Shown: piece after piece, positions 21,347 through 29,798 of the stretch
Layout: each line of letters opens with the position of its first letter
Position numbering within the stretch: the first letter of the stretch is position 1
Assembly: GCA_001443455.1 (NCBI GenBank)
Contig: LDXO01000002.1
Coordinates: 25,865-89,864, forward strand
Origin: Deltaproteobacteria bacterium CSP1-8
Lineage (GTDB): Bacteria > Desulfobacterota > Deferrimicrobia > Deferrimicrobiales > Deferrimicrobiaceae
Direction: 5' to 3'
Length of the DNA: 64,000 bases
Notes under the pieces: model-generated
Database searches by the model: none
The model's input: the letters and a program-made list of their open reading frames with translations, nothing else
What the model was told of the DNA's origin: nothing
Made by a program: the position numbers and the translations under genes

Positions 21347-22899
21347 TACGGCTCCCTCTGGAGATATTGTCTCACCACCTGGACAAGGGCATCCCGAATC
21401 TCCTCCGGCGACAGTTGCTCGAGGTCCTGGACCTTGAGGAAGCAGCCAAGCTTCTCGACGCGGTTCTGGAACAGCCGAAGCGTATTTTCCCCGAGACCGA
21501 AATTCGTGAACGATCTCCCCATGACAGCCAGCACCACGCGCGCATCCCCTCCCTTCGTATACTCCGAGACGGCCAGAAGCGCGTCGAGGGAACTCGACAC
21601 TTCGTCCTTGAGAAACGCCACGACGCCCAAGGGCCGGGGGACCAGGGCGTACCACAGGGGGGACGTGGGGCGGAGATACGGGAAGGCGTAGAGGAGAAGA
21701 TGGGACCCTTCCCCGATCGTAAGCTTTCCGAACATCCCGATGGGGATGGCATCCTTCTTCCGTAGGGAGAAAAAGGCGGAGTCTACCCGAAAATCGCGGA
21801 GCTGCCCCAGTGCGAGGACGACCCCCTCGAGCAGTGCGGGGTCCGGGAGAAAAAAAACGATGCGTCCCTCGCCGCTCTCGGAGAAATTTCCCATTGCTTC
21901 GATCCGGGTGCGAAGCCGCGCCAAATCCTCCGGCGGGAGGAACTCGCTTTTCGTCTTGGGGACGTCGAACGTCCCGATCCTGAGCGCCCCCCTCTTCTTC
22001 AGCTGGAGCAACGTCTCGTAGACGGCGAGGTCGGGATAATTGCAGTTGTTCACGATGTCCTTCACGGAATTGCAGAACTCCGCGAGGAGAAGCACCTCGC
22101 GCACAACCCCCGACCCCCCGCTGATGGGCCGCGTGTTTTTCTCGAGGACCACCGAATCGTCCGGAGCGGGGAGCTCGGCGCCGAGATTCCGGATTTCGTC
22201 GAGGTGCCGCAGGCCCTCCATCAGGGCGGACTGGCTCGAGGAGTGGATCGTCTGCCGGACCTCCACTTTCCCCGGCAGGAACCGGAACCTGCCCGCCCGG
22301 AGCGAGATGAGACGATAGAGGGCCTTTTCTCCCATGGTGTTCTGGGCGAGGGCGGAGACGATCTCTCCCCGGTCGATGTAGATCGACCCGGTCATCCCCT
22401 CCCCTTCCACCTGGATGACCCCGCTCTTCTTGTTCATCGAGAGCATCTGCCACAGGTCGGGGAGAAAGATCTGCCCCAGGTTCCCGCTGATCTCCGAGTC
22501 CCCGGCAAGGGATTCCGTGATGTTGTCCTGGAACAGCGTGCGCTGGATCCTAAGCAGCACTTCGTCTCCGTGAAACGGCTTCCGGATGAACTCGTCAACC
22601 CCGGGCCGGAATCCCGGAACGCTTTTCTCCTGCTCGCTCAGGAAGAAGATGGGGATGTTCTTCGTGTTCGGGTTCGTGCGGAGGATCTGGACGAGGCGAT
22701 CCGCCCCGAGCCCCGCAACGGCGAGATCGAGGAGGAGGATGTCGGGCCGCCGGAGGAGCGTTTCCGCGAGTGCCTTGCTGCCATCCGCCGCGTCGATGAC
22801 CTCGTATCCCTTCTCGCGGAGAAACTGGTGAAGGGACCGGCGGGATTTCTCCGACGGGTCGGCGATCAGGATCTGCTTTGCGGTCGTCGCGGTTGCCAT
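21346..22899 (-). CDS. response regulator: REC + PATAN/DUF4388 + wHTH-like + degenerate small-GTPase-like C-terminal domain
   Basis: REC with 'DILLLDLAV' and 'DEFIRKPF'. DUF4388-like 'GNLGQIFLPDLWQMLSMNKKSGVIQVE...GEKALYRLISLRAGRFRF'. The C-terminal assignment is by pattern only. Confidence 0.78.
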   Translation of the reverse strand: MATATTAKQILIADPSEKSRRSLHQFLREKGYEVIDAADGSKALAETLLRRPDILLLDLAVAGLGADRLVQILRTNPNTKNIPIFFLSEQEKSVPGFRPGVDEFIRKPFHGDEVLLRIQRTLFQDNITESLAGDSEISGNLGQIFLPDLWQMLSMNKKSGVIQVEGEGMTGSIYIDRGEIVSALAQNTMGEKALYRLISLRAGRFRFLPGKVEVRQTIHSSSQSALMEGLRHLDEIRNLGAELPAPDDSVVLEKNTRPISGGSGVVREVLLLAEFCNSVKDIVNNCNYPDLAVYETLLQLKKRGALRIGTFDVPKTKSEFLPPEDLARLRTRIEAMGNFSESGEGRIVFFLPDPALLEGVVLALGQLRDFRVDSAFFSLRKKDAIPIGMFGKLTIGEGSHLLLYAFPYLRPTSPLWYALVPRPLGVVAFLKDEVSSSLDALLAVSEYTKGGDARVVLAVMGRSFTNFGLGENTLRLFQNRVEKLGCFLKVQDLEQLSPEEIRDALVQVVRQYLQREP

Positions 22900-22926
22900 C
22901 TTGCGCCCCGTCCGGGAAGTGGTCGG

Positions 22927-24792
22927 TTAGAAATTCCCCTGCAGGCGGTATGTTTCCTGCAATTTCTCCATCATCGTGTCCACGAGCCACTCGTCGGCCG
23001 TGTTGAATCCGCACACCTCCTCCTGACGTTCGGTGGCGAACAGGCCGTACGAACCGTCTTCCTTGAGAAACAGGATGATTTCCTTTTCCTGGAGCTGGTC
23101 GTCCTCCGCGTTTACGTACAGGAGGTTCTTCGAGTCGAACCGGGTGCTGCCGGCACGGCCGATGATGTAGATGCTCCTTCCGTTTCCCGCTTCCGGCCCG
23201 AGCGACAGGAAAATCTGCTTGAACATCTCGGGGCGGGGGCCCGCCGCGATGACCAGCCCTCTTTTCCGGCCCAGCGACACAACGTCCTGGGCCACGGATT
23301 CCACCATTCGCTGGAAGGTTTCCCTGCGCAGGCAGAAGTGCCCGTTGCGCCCCATGTCCTGTTTGAACTTCGAAAAGTAGGGTACGTTCCGTCCCGCCCT
23401 CAGGAGGTCGTAATGCTCGGGTTTCCCCACCAGAATGTCGAAGGCGCTCCAGAGGACCTTTTCCTGGAGGTGGAGGCGTTGAAAGGGGCTCCTCTTCTGC
23501 CGGCGGTACTTCTCCTCCGCGAGACGCCAAAGATCGGGAAGGTCCTTTCCGTCGCGGGGAAACGTGGCGGAAACGAAATACGGATCGAGGAAGTACTCGG
23601 TTCCCAAATACGGGAAGGACCGTTTTTCCCGCACGGCCTTCCGGAGACGGCGCGACGCCAGGACGGAGCCGTAATAATCGGTTTCGGGAAGGACCACGCA
23701 AAACCGGTTCGGTTCCACCCGGGCGATGAGGTCGGATTCACGAAGGGCCCTGTGCACGGCGTCGACCATGCCCGAGAGCGCCCCGGCGACGAGAGTCTCG
23801 CGGGTTTCCTCCCGGAGCCGGGAAAGGTTGTCGATGACGAGGAAGACGACCGAAAGGGGCCGGCGGAACCTCTCCGCCTTGTAGCGCTCCTTTTCGAAGT
23901 AATCCGACAGGAACACCGAGGAGTATGCCCGGGTTTCCGAGTCGCGAAGCGACACCTTTTCCATCCGGACGAGACGGGTGACGTTTTTCCAGGCCGATGC
24001 GGCGTACCCGGCGATAATCGATGCGAGGTAGATGTCCCTGTCGCTGAACGATTTCCGGTCCGTCCTTGCGCCGAGTTTCACGAGGCCGATCGGTATTCCC
24101 TGGGACAAGAGAGGAACGTAGAGGTTGGTTTCGCCGACCGGCGGTTGCCTCCCCTCTCCCCGGGTTTCCCCGGAGGGGTAGAGAAACGGCTTCCCGTTCC
24201 CCGTGGCGTCCGCCCAGTCGGCCTGGGACAGGGGGAAACTCGACCCCTCCCGGTTGATGCTGATCAACCCGCGGACGGAAGCGATCATCATTTCGTCGGG
24301 GTCGCGCGAGGAGGCGAGCCAGATGACGCAACTCTCGGCGCCGAGCTCCTGCGTGAAGGTATCCGCGATGTGGGTGAGCATCGTTTCCTGGTCCGAGCAC
24401 GCCATGATCTTCAGGCACTTCTGGTAGAGGGAGGCAAGGGAATAGTATTCCACGCTTTCCGAGAGGAGTCGCATCGTGACCGCCGGATCGGTTCCGTCCT
24501 GTGCCCTTGCCCAGGTGACCCAGCGGGCGATTTCCTGCAACGGCGGTTCGCTCCGGAAGAGGAAGAGCGGGGGACCGCTGTCGGGACAATCCCGGAGAGA
24601 GTCGACCAAAGCCCGGTGGTCGCTATCGAGCGAGGCGACGATTGCGATATAGGGGGAGAGGTCTGCTTCCCCCCGGATCACCTGGGCGGAGGGCAAGAAG
24701 GAGAATTCGACCGGATGGTGGAAGGCCGTCAGGCGGAGATCCCGGGAAGTCTCGGTATTCTCCTGTACGACCAGTATGCGGGTTACATCCAT
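22927..24792 (-). CDS. GAF + degenerate GGDEF (I-site retained) + DICT-like C-terminal domain protein
   Basis: 'RESDLIARVEPNRFCVVLPE' replaces the canonical RxxD-x5-GG(D/E)EF. It has a GAF-like middle region and an N-terminal REC-like fold without an obvious acceptor context. The start is chosen at the internal Met ('MDVTRILVV'). Confidence 0.7.
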   Translation of the reverse strand: MDVTRILVVQENTETSRDLRLTAFHHPVEFSFLPSAQVIRGEADLSPYIAIVASLDSDHRALVDSLRDCPDSGPPLFLFRSEPPLQEIARWVTWARAQDGTDPAVTMRLLSESVEYYSLASLYQKCLKIMACSDQETMLTHIADTFTQELGAESCVIWLASSRDPDEMMIASVRGLISINREGSSFPLSQADWADATGNGKPFLYPSGETRGEGRQPPVGETNLYVPLLSQGIPIGLVKLGARTDRKSFSDRDIYLASIIAGYAASAWKNVTRLVRMEKVSLRDSETRAYSSVFLSDYFEKERYKAERFRRPLSVVFLVIDNLSRLREETRETLVAGALSGMVDAVHRALRESDLIARVEPNRFCVVLPETDYYGSVLASRRLRKAVREKRSFPYLGTEYFLDPYFVSATFPRDGKDLPDLWRLAEEKYRRQKRSPFQRLHLQEKVLWSAFDILVGKPEHYDLLRAGRNVPYFSKFKQDMGRNGHFCLRRETFQRMVESVAQDVVSLGRKRGLVIAAGPRPEMFKQIFLSLGPEAGNGRSIYIIGRAGSTRFDSKNLLYVNAEDDQLQEKEIILFLKEDGSYGLFATERQEEVCGFNTADEWLVDTMMEKLQETYRLQGNF

Positions 24793-24803
24793 GAAGGGAG
24801 ATG

Positions 24804-25292
24804 TCACATCTTGTATTTGCTGAAATCTTCCGGATCCATTTTCTCGAGGAGCTCTGTCCACTTGTCCTTCTCTTCCCCGGAGGACGTTCCGGATTCGACC
24901 CGCAGCGCTTTTTCGATGACTGCGTCCCGGACCATGATCGGGACCTCCATCCGGATGGCGATGGCGATCGCGTCGCTTGGCCGCGAGTCGATGGCGACCG
25001 GATTCCCGCCCACCTCGATGTGGAGGACCGCGTAATAGGTGTTGTCCCGGATGTCGGTGACCTCCACGCGGAGAAGCTTCACCCCGATCTGGTCGAGGAG
25101 ATTCTTGAACAGGTCGTGGGTCATCGGTCTCGGCAGCTGCAGGCGTTCCAGCCCCGCGGCGATCGAGTTCGCCTCCAGGACCCCGATCCAGATCGGAAGG
25201 GTATTCAGGTTCTCCTTGTCCCGCAGGATGACGATGGGGGACTGGGTCACCGGATCGATCGTGATGCCAATCACCTGCATTTCCTTAACCAT
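24804..25292 (-). CDS. bifunctional nuclease family protein (DUF151/BFN)
   Basis: 'PIVILRDKENLNTLPIWIGVLEANSIA...RPMTHDL...YYAVLHIE...IDSRPSDAIAIAIR'. The start is at an internal Met. Confidence 0.8.
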   Translation of the reverse strand: MVKEMQVIGITIDPVTQSPIVILRDKENLNTLPIWIGVLEANSIAAGLERLQLPRPMTHDLFKNLLDQIGVKLLRVEVTDIRDNTYYAVLHIEVGGNPVAIDSRPSDAIAIAIRMEVPIMVRDAVIEKALRVESGTSSGEEKDKWTELLEKMDPEDFSKYKM

Positions 25293-26607
25293 GTGGTCGT
25301 CCTTCCTCGCCGGAGAGAGAATGGTGCCCGGCGGACCGGATTTCGACGCGGCGCATAGCCGCATGCCCGCTTGATACCGGGGAAAAGTTGACGGTCTTGT
25401 TGCACGGCGTGCGTCCGCACAAACGCGAGGGATCCTTCGCGCTTTTTCCCTCGACCAGCACTTCCAACGCCTTCCCGACGCATGCGGCCAGGCGTTCCCG
25501 GGTGTGCCGGTCCTGGAGGTCCTGGAGGCGATGGAGCCGCTCGCTTGCCTCCTCCGGGGCCACGCTGCCGGTCATTTCTGCGGCACGGGTCCCCCTCCGC
25601 GGGGAAAACCGGAAGGAGAAGGAGGAATCGTACCGGACTTCTTCCATGACCGACAACGTGTCTTGGAAGTCTTCTTCCGTCTCCCCCGGGAATCCGACGA
25701 GGAAATCCGAGGAGAACGCGATTCCGGGCATTGCCATCCGAAGGTCGCGGATCTTGCCGAGGTATTCCTTCCGCGTGTATCCGCGCCCCATGGAGGCCAG
25801 GATGCGCTCGGACCCCGCCTGGATCGGCAGGTGGATATGGGGGCAAAGGGTATCGATCTCGGAGAAGAGGCCGATCGTCTCCCGGTCCAGGTCCCTCGGG
25901 TGCGAAGTGAGGAACCGGATTCGCCGGATTCCCCGGACCCGGGATATCCTCCGAAGCAGTTCGGGGAAAGGGATCTCCCCTTCCTTTTTCCCGTAGGAGT
26001 TCACGTTCTGCCCCAGAAGGACCACCTCGCAGACGCCCCGCTCCGTCAGTTCCTGGACCTCACCAACGATTTCCGCGGAGGGTCGGCTGATCTCGCGGCC
26101 CCGCACATGCGGGACGATGCAATAGGCGCAGAAATTGTCGCATCCCTGCATGACGGTCACCATGGCGCTTGCCGCCCCGTCCGCAAGATAGGGAAGAACC
26201 TCCCAGTGGCTGGTGTCTCCGGAAAGATCGACGGACACCGGCGCGCCACACCCTTCCGCGAGGCGAAGGAGGTCGGGCAGGCGGGCGATGCTGTGCGTGC
26301 CGAAGACGATGTCGACGTGGGGCGCTCTTTCCCGCAAGGCAGGCCCCTCCTGCTGGGCGAGGCACCCCCCCACGGCGACCAGGCGACCCTCCCGCCCGCG
26401 CTTCCATCTTCTGAGATGGCCGAGAGCGCTGTAGATCTTCTGGTCCGCCTTCTCCCGGATGCTGCAGGTGTTGAGAAGCACGAGGTCCGCATCGGAAAGG
26501 GAGTCCGCGGGACGGTAATCCGCCTTCCCGAGGAGCGCCATCATCCTGGCAGAGTCCACCTCGTTCATCTGGCACCCGAACGTCTCGATGTACACGCGCC
26601 GAACCAT
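25285..26607 (-). CDS. miaB: tRNA-2-methylthio-N6-dimethylallyladenosine synthase
   Basis: 'VYIETFGCQMNEVDS', radical-SAM 'CDNFCAYCIVP' and a TRAM C terminus. Confidence 0.93.
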   Translation of the reverse strand: MVRRVYIETFGCQMNEVDSARMMALLGKADYRPADSLSDADLVLLNTCSIREKADQKIYSALGHLRRWKRGREGRLVAVGGCLAQQEGPALRERAPHVDIVFGTHSIARLPDLLRLAEGCGAPVSVDLSGDTSHWEVLPYLADGAASAMVTVMQGCDNFCAYCIVPHVRGREISRPSAEIVGEVQELTERGVCEVVLLGQNVNSYGKKEGEIPFPELLRRISRVRGIRRIRFLTSHPRDLDRETIGLFSEIDTLCPHIHLPIQAGSERILASMGRGYTRKEYLGKIRDLRMAMPGIAFSSDFLVGFPGETEEDFQDTLSVMEEVRYDSSFSFRFSPRRGTRAAEMTGSVAPEEASERLHRLQDLQDRHTRERLAACVGKALEVLVEGKSAKDPSRLCGRTPCNKTVNFSPVSSGHAAMRRVEIRSAGHHSLSGEEGRPHG

Positions 26608-26679
26608 GGTGTTCCATTATAGCACCCGCTCCGGGCGATTCAATGCGGGCCCGGGTCCTGCGGTTTTTAGCGAAGAAGG

Positions 26680-27486
26680 TCAAGCGGAAGCCGACATCTT
26701 CTCCCCGCGGATGAGGAAGCGGGATGGGTCGATCTCCTCCCGCAGGAGGCGAAGCTCCTCGTCGGTGGGGGGGGGGATCTCCCCGATTTCCTTGGCCATC
26801 ATGGGACGGAACGCCATGTCCTTCACCACGTCCCGGGGGTCGAGACCGCGCAGGACGGCCAACAGGGACATTCGTTTCGTCTCCCCGTCGAACCCGAAGA
26901 GCGCCTTGGAGGTGACGACGCGGTACGGACCGGTGCCGGCAGGCAGTCCCGCCTTCTCCCGCGCCCCCGGCCCGGTCAGGTAACCGGGCGAGGTGAGAAA
27001 ATCGACCCTGGGAACGAAACGCCTCCCTTCGTGCTTGATCACGATGATCGTTTTCCAGCAGTGGGACGCCACCTGGTTTCCCCCCCCGCTTCCCGCGAAA
27101 CGGCGTTCGGGTTTTCGGAACGTCCCCCCGAGATAGGTGGAGTTGATGTTCCCGTACGGGTCGACCTGGAGGGCCCCGAGCATTCCGTAGTCCATGTATC
27201 CCGAGCCGGAATAGGCGAATGCCCAGTTCATGTTGAGCCACTGGAGGGAGCGGTAGGTGTTCTGCGGCCCCCCCATCGTTCCCCGGACGAACGGAAGGAC
27301 GGATTGCGGCCCGACCGCCCCGAACTCGAAGAGCTGGATGACGTCGGGAACGTAGAGTTTCTGCCCCAGGATGGCCACGACCTGCGGGATCCCCCATCCG
27401 ACGAAGAAGGTCTTGCCGTCCTCGAGCAGGCGCGCGCCCTGGGCGATCATGAACTCCGTGTCGGTGAACTCTATTGTGCGCGACAT
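26680..27486 (-). CDS. glutaconate-type CoA-transferase, subunit B
   Basis: 'MSRTIEFTDTEFMIA...TFFVGWGIP...GALQVDPYGNINST'. The internal Met of ORF 26680-27660 is used as start. Confidence 0.85.
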   Translation of the reverse strand: MSRTIEFTDTEFMIAQGARLLEDGKTFFVGWGIPQVVAILGQKLYVPDVIQLFEFGAVGPQSVLPFVRGTMGGPQNTYRSLQWLNMNWAFAYSGSGYMDYGMLGALQVDPYGNINSTYLGGTFRKPERRFAGSGGGNQVASHCWKTIIVIKHEGRRFVPRVDFLTSPGYLTGPGAREKAGLPAGTGPYRVVTSKALFGFDGETKRMSLLAVLRGLDPRDVVKDMAFRPMMAKEIGEIPPPTDEELRLLREEIDPSRFLIRGEKMSASA

Positions 27487-27829
27487 CCCGTCCCTCCTCT
27501 CATCCGCCACGCGTTCGGGCGTCCATGTCGGCAACCGAGGACCCTGGCTCGCGGAGGGGTCCCCTCGGCTACGCTCGCGACCGTGCGCCCGCTCGCTGCC
27601 GGTTCCGCTCGACGCGATTTCTTCCTCGCTCCACAGGCCGCCTCGTCGACCCCCCCGCATCGCCTAGGGTCCCCGGTTGCCGGCGCAGCAAGCCGAAGGA
27701 GAGGGGGCGCAGTGAGGTTAAGCGCAGCCGTGCGGGTTCACCGCACGGCGAGCCACGAACGGAGCCCCCCTCCGAGGCTGCGGAGCCCTCACGGGGGACA
27801 TACCTATATCGAGTTGCACGTTACGGCCT
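27487..27829. repeat. repeat-containing intergenic insert (TIR-less copy related to the element at 44357-44650)
   Basis: The core at about 27546-27665 shares 'GCTACGCTCGCGACC-TGCGCCCGCTCGCTGCCGGTTCCGCTCG', 'TCGCTCCACAGGCCGC' and 'CCCCCGCA-CGCC' with 44437-44596. Internal hairpins include CCGTGCGG-GTTCA-CCGCACGG. Confidence 0.6.
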
Positions 27830-28798
27830 TCACCGGTACCCTTCCATGATCGTGGCCGCCCGGCGAAGCTCCGCCATCCGGCGGGCGCCGACCCGCTTGT
27901 CGAGGAACTCCTCGTGATCGGCCACGCTGTAAATATTTTCCTGGAGGTACTCCTGCATCTGCAGGTCGTTGCGGATCCCGTTGAGCATGTCCACGTGCGG
28001 GAGGTCGATTTCGTATCTCGCCGGCATCGCCCCGGGATAGGCGCCGAAGGGCGCGTGGACCACCGCGTCGACGAGAAAGTACGGGATGGTGGTCCGCATC
28101 GGGTCTTTCCGGAACTCGTCGTGATCGATGATCTCCTCCGCCGAGACGATCACGCGGTGGGAGGCCATCGCCGCCTCGAGGGCGAACAGGTTCGTCCCGA
28201 ATATGCGCGCGTCGCCGTGGATGTCGGCCTGGTGGACGTGGAGAAAGGCCACGTCGGGGTTCAGAGCGGGCACGACGGCCACGGGGAGCCCCGTGTACGG
28301 GTCCTCGACCACCTTTGCCGCGGAGACGGACATGTTGTCCGACCCGAGGAGGTCCCTCGTCGGAAGGAAGGGGACGCCGCGGGCCCCGGCGAGCATCCGC
28401 AAAGCGAGACCACCGTTGGTCCATTCGTACACCCGGACCCGGCCTTCGCAGACCGCCTGCCCGATGTAGCTGCCGTATCCGAGAAAGCCGACGTCGATCC
28501 GTGTGGCGCATCCGGCCCCCACCAGCAGCGCGGATTCGTGGAGGGTGAACTCGGCGCAGACCCAGAGGTCCTTCTTGCGCTGGCGGATGACCTCCCGGAT
28601 GAGCGCCTGGGGTCCTCTCGTCAGGCTGGAGAAATCGTAGACGATGTAATCGCCGTCCGCGACGAAGGCCGACACGGCCTCCTTCGAGGAGAAGAGTTTC
28701 GGCTCGGCTTTCCGGCTTTTCTTGTCCCTGACGAACCTCCGGAAATCGTCCGGGTGTTCGAACCGGTATTCGATGTCTCCCTCTTTTCGGATCTTCAT
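27830..28798 (-). CDS. glutaconate-type CoA-transferase, subunit A
   Basis: 322 aa with 'DGDYIVYDFSSLTRGPQALIRE' and 'FLHVHQADIHGDARI', typical of GctA-like subunits. Confidence 0.85.
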   Translation of the reverse strand: MKIRKEGDIEYRFEHPDDFRRFVRDKKSRKAEPKLFSSKEAVSAFVADGDYIVYDFSSLTRGPQALIREVIRQRKKDLWVCAEFTLHESALLVGAGCATRIDVGFLGYGSYIGQAVCEGRVRVYEWTNGGLALRMLAGARGVPFLPTRDLLGSDNMSVSAAKVVEDPYTGLPVAVVPALNPDVAFLHVHQADIHGDARIFGTNLFALEAAMASHRVIVSAEEIIDHDEFRKDPMRTTIPYFLVDAVVHAPFGAYPGAMPARYEIDLPHVDMLNGIRNDLQMQEYLQENIYSVADHEEFLDKRVGARRMAELRRAATIMEGYR

Positions 28799-29793
28799 GG
28801 TCGGTTTTTCCGGTTCGCCTTCCCTTTCCCCGACTCCTTCCTCAGGTGGAATGCGAACTTGTGATCCACCACCTTGTCCGCCACGGAGTACGGGTCAAGG
28901 TGTTTCCGGGCGATGTCCCGGAGAAGGAGATCGAGAACCCCGCTTCGGGAAAGGTCGTCCACCGCTTTCTCGATGAGCTTTTTCTTGAGGATCTCCATGA
29001 GTTCCACCTTTGCCTTTTCCGTACGATACCGCTTAAGGTTCTCCTCGCGGGAGACGAATTTCCAGTGCCTCGCGACCTCGGCCAGGAGCTCGTGGACCCC
29101 CGTGCCCGTCTGGGCGACGGTGGCCATGACGGGGGGCACCCACTCCCCCTCTCCGTAGGTGTTCATCGACACCATCGTCTCGAGCTCCTGCTTCGTCCTG
29201 TCGGCCCCTTCCCGGTCGTACTTGTTCACCACGAAGATGTCGGCGATCTCGAGGATCCCCGCCTTCAGGGCCTGGATGTCGTCTCCCAGGCCCGGCACCA
29301 CGAGCACAAGGTTCGTGTGGACGACCTTGACGATCTCCACCTCGTCCTGCCCCACCCCGACGGTCTCGATGATGACGACGTCCTTCCCCATGGCGTCCAT
29401 CACGTTGACGATGTCGAGGGTGGACTTGGAGAGGCCGCCCAAATGCCCCCGGGTGGCCAGGCTCCGGATGAACACCCCGTCGTCGAGGGTGTGTTTCTGC
29501 ATGCGGATGCGGTCGCCGAGGATCGCCCCGCCGGAGAACGGGCTGGTGGGGTCGATGGCGACGATCCCGACGGTTTTTCCTTCCTGCCGGAGATGACCGG
29601 TGAGACAGTCGACGAGGGTGGACTTCCCGGATCCCGGGGCCCCCGTGATCCCCAGGAGGTAGGCGCGGCCGGTATGCCGGTAGAGGGTCTTGAGCGTTCG
29701 GTGGGCGGAGGGAATCTCGTCGTCCAGGTCCCGCATCAGGCGGGCGGCGGCCTGGATGTCGCCGGAAAGGATGTCTTTCGCCGAAACCCCCAT
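28795..29793 (-). CDS. meaB: MeaB/ArgK-type G-protein chaperone for B12 mutases
   Basis: 'GITGAPGSGKSTLV', 'AIDPTSPFSGGAILGDRIRM', 'ETVGVGQ', 'VVNKYD'. ATGA overlap with the CoA-transferase A gene. Confidence 0.9.
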   Translation of the reverse strand: MGVSAKDILSGDIQAAARLMRDLDDEIPSAHRTLKTLYRHTGRAYLLGITGAPGSGKSTLVDCLTGHLRQEGKTVGIVAIDPTSPFSGGAILGDRIRMQKHTLDDGVFIRSLATRGHLGGLSKSTLDIVNVMDAMGKDVVIIETVGVGQDEVEIVKVVHTNLVLVVPGLGDDIQALKAGILEIADIFVVNKYDREGADRTKQELETMVSMNTYGEGEWVPPVMATVAQTGTGVHELLAEVARHWKFVSREENLKRYRTEKAKVELMEILKKKLIEKAVDDLSRSGVLDLLLRDIARKHLDPYSVADKVVDHKFAFHLRKESGKGKANRKNRP

Positions 29794-29798
29794 GCGGG

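Noticed and set aside
20792-22453. Long fused ORFs such as 20792-22453, 28795-30855, 29799-31526, 35026-36471, 38690-40501 and 51635-53416.
   Set aside because: Only their 3' portions carry homology (PHP, MeaB, ACAD, CobO, Hbd, Hom). The 5' parts overlap the true upstream genes out of frame. Internal Met/GTG/TTG starts give normal protein lengths and tidy ATGA junctions.
22204-25035. Very long antisense ORFs: 22204-25035 (+, 943 aa), 58526-61060 (+, 844 aa), 49274-51466 (+, 730 aa), 33149-35068 (+, 639 aa), 5650-7509 (-, 619 aa), 30911-32686 (+, 591 aa) and many shorter ones.
   Set aside because: Each lies opposite a gene with unmistakable family motifs. Their translations are Arg/Pro/Gly/His-rich and low in complexity with no recognisable domains. 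This is the expected stop-codon-poor shadow frame in high-GC DNA.
27487-27829. Repeat elements A, B and C considered as a retron msr/msd, DGR template repeat, group II intron remnant or integron attC.
   Set aside because: No reverse transcriptase, integrase or intron-encoded ORF is present anywhere in the window. The terminal repeats do not resemble the attC R/L core (GTTRRRY). The MITE-like interpretation is more economical.
27474-27917. ORFs 27474-27917 and 44171-44650 share a peptide '(G/R)YARD(R/L)APARCRFRS', which could suggest a repeated small protein.
   Set aside because: The shared peptide is simply the translation of the repeated DNA core. The ORFs otherwise differ and overlap real genes and regulator stops, with Arg/Pro-rich composition. 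They are treated as a non-coding repeat.
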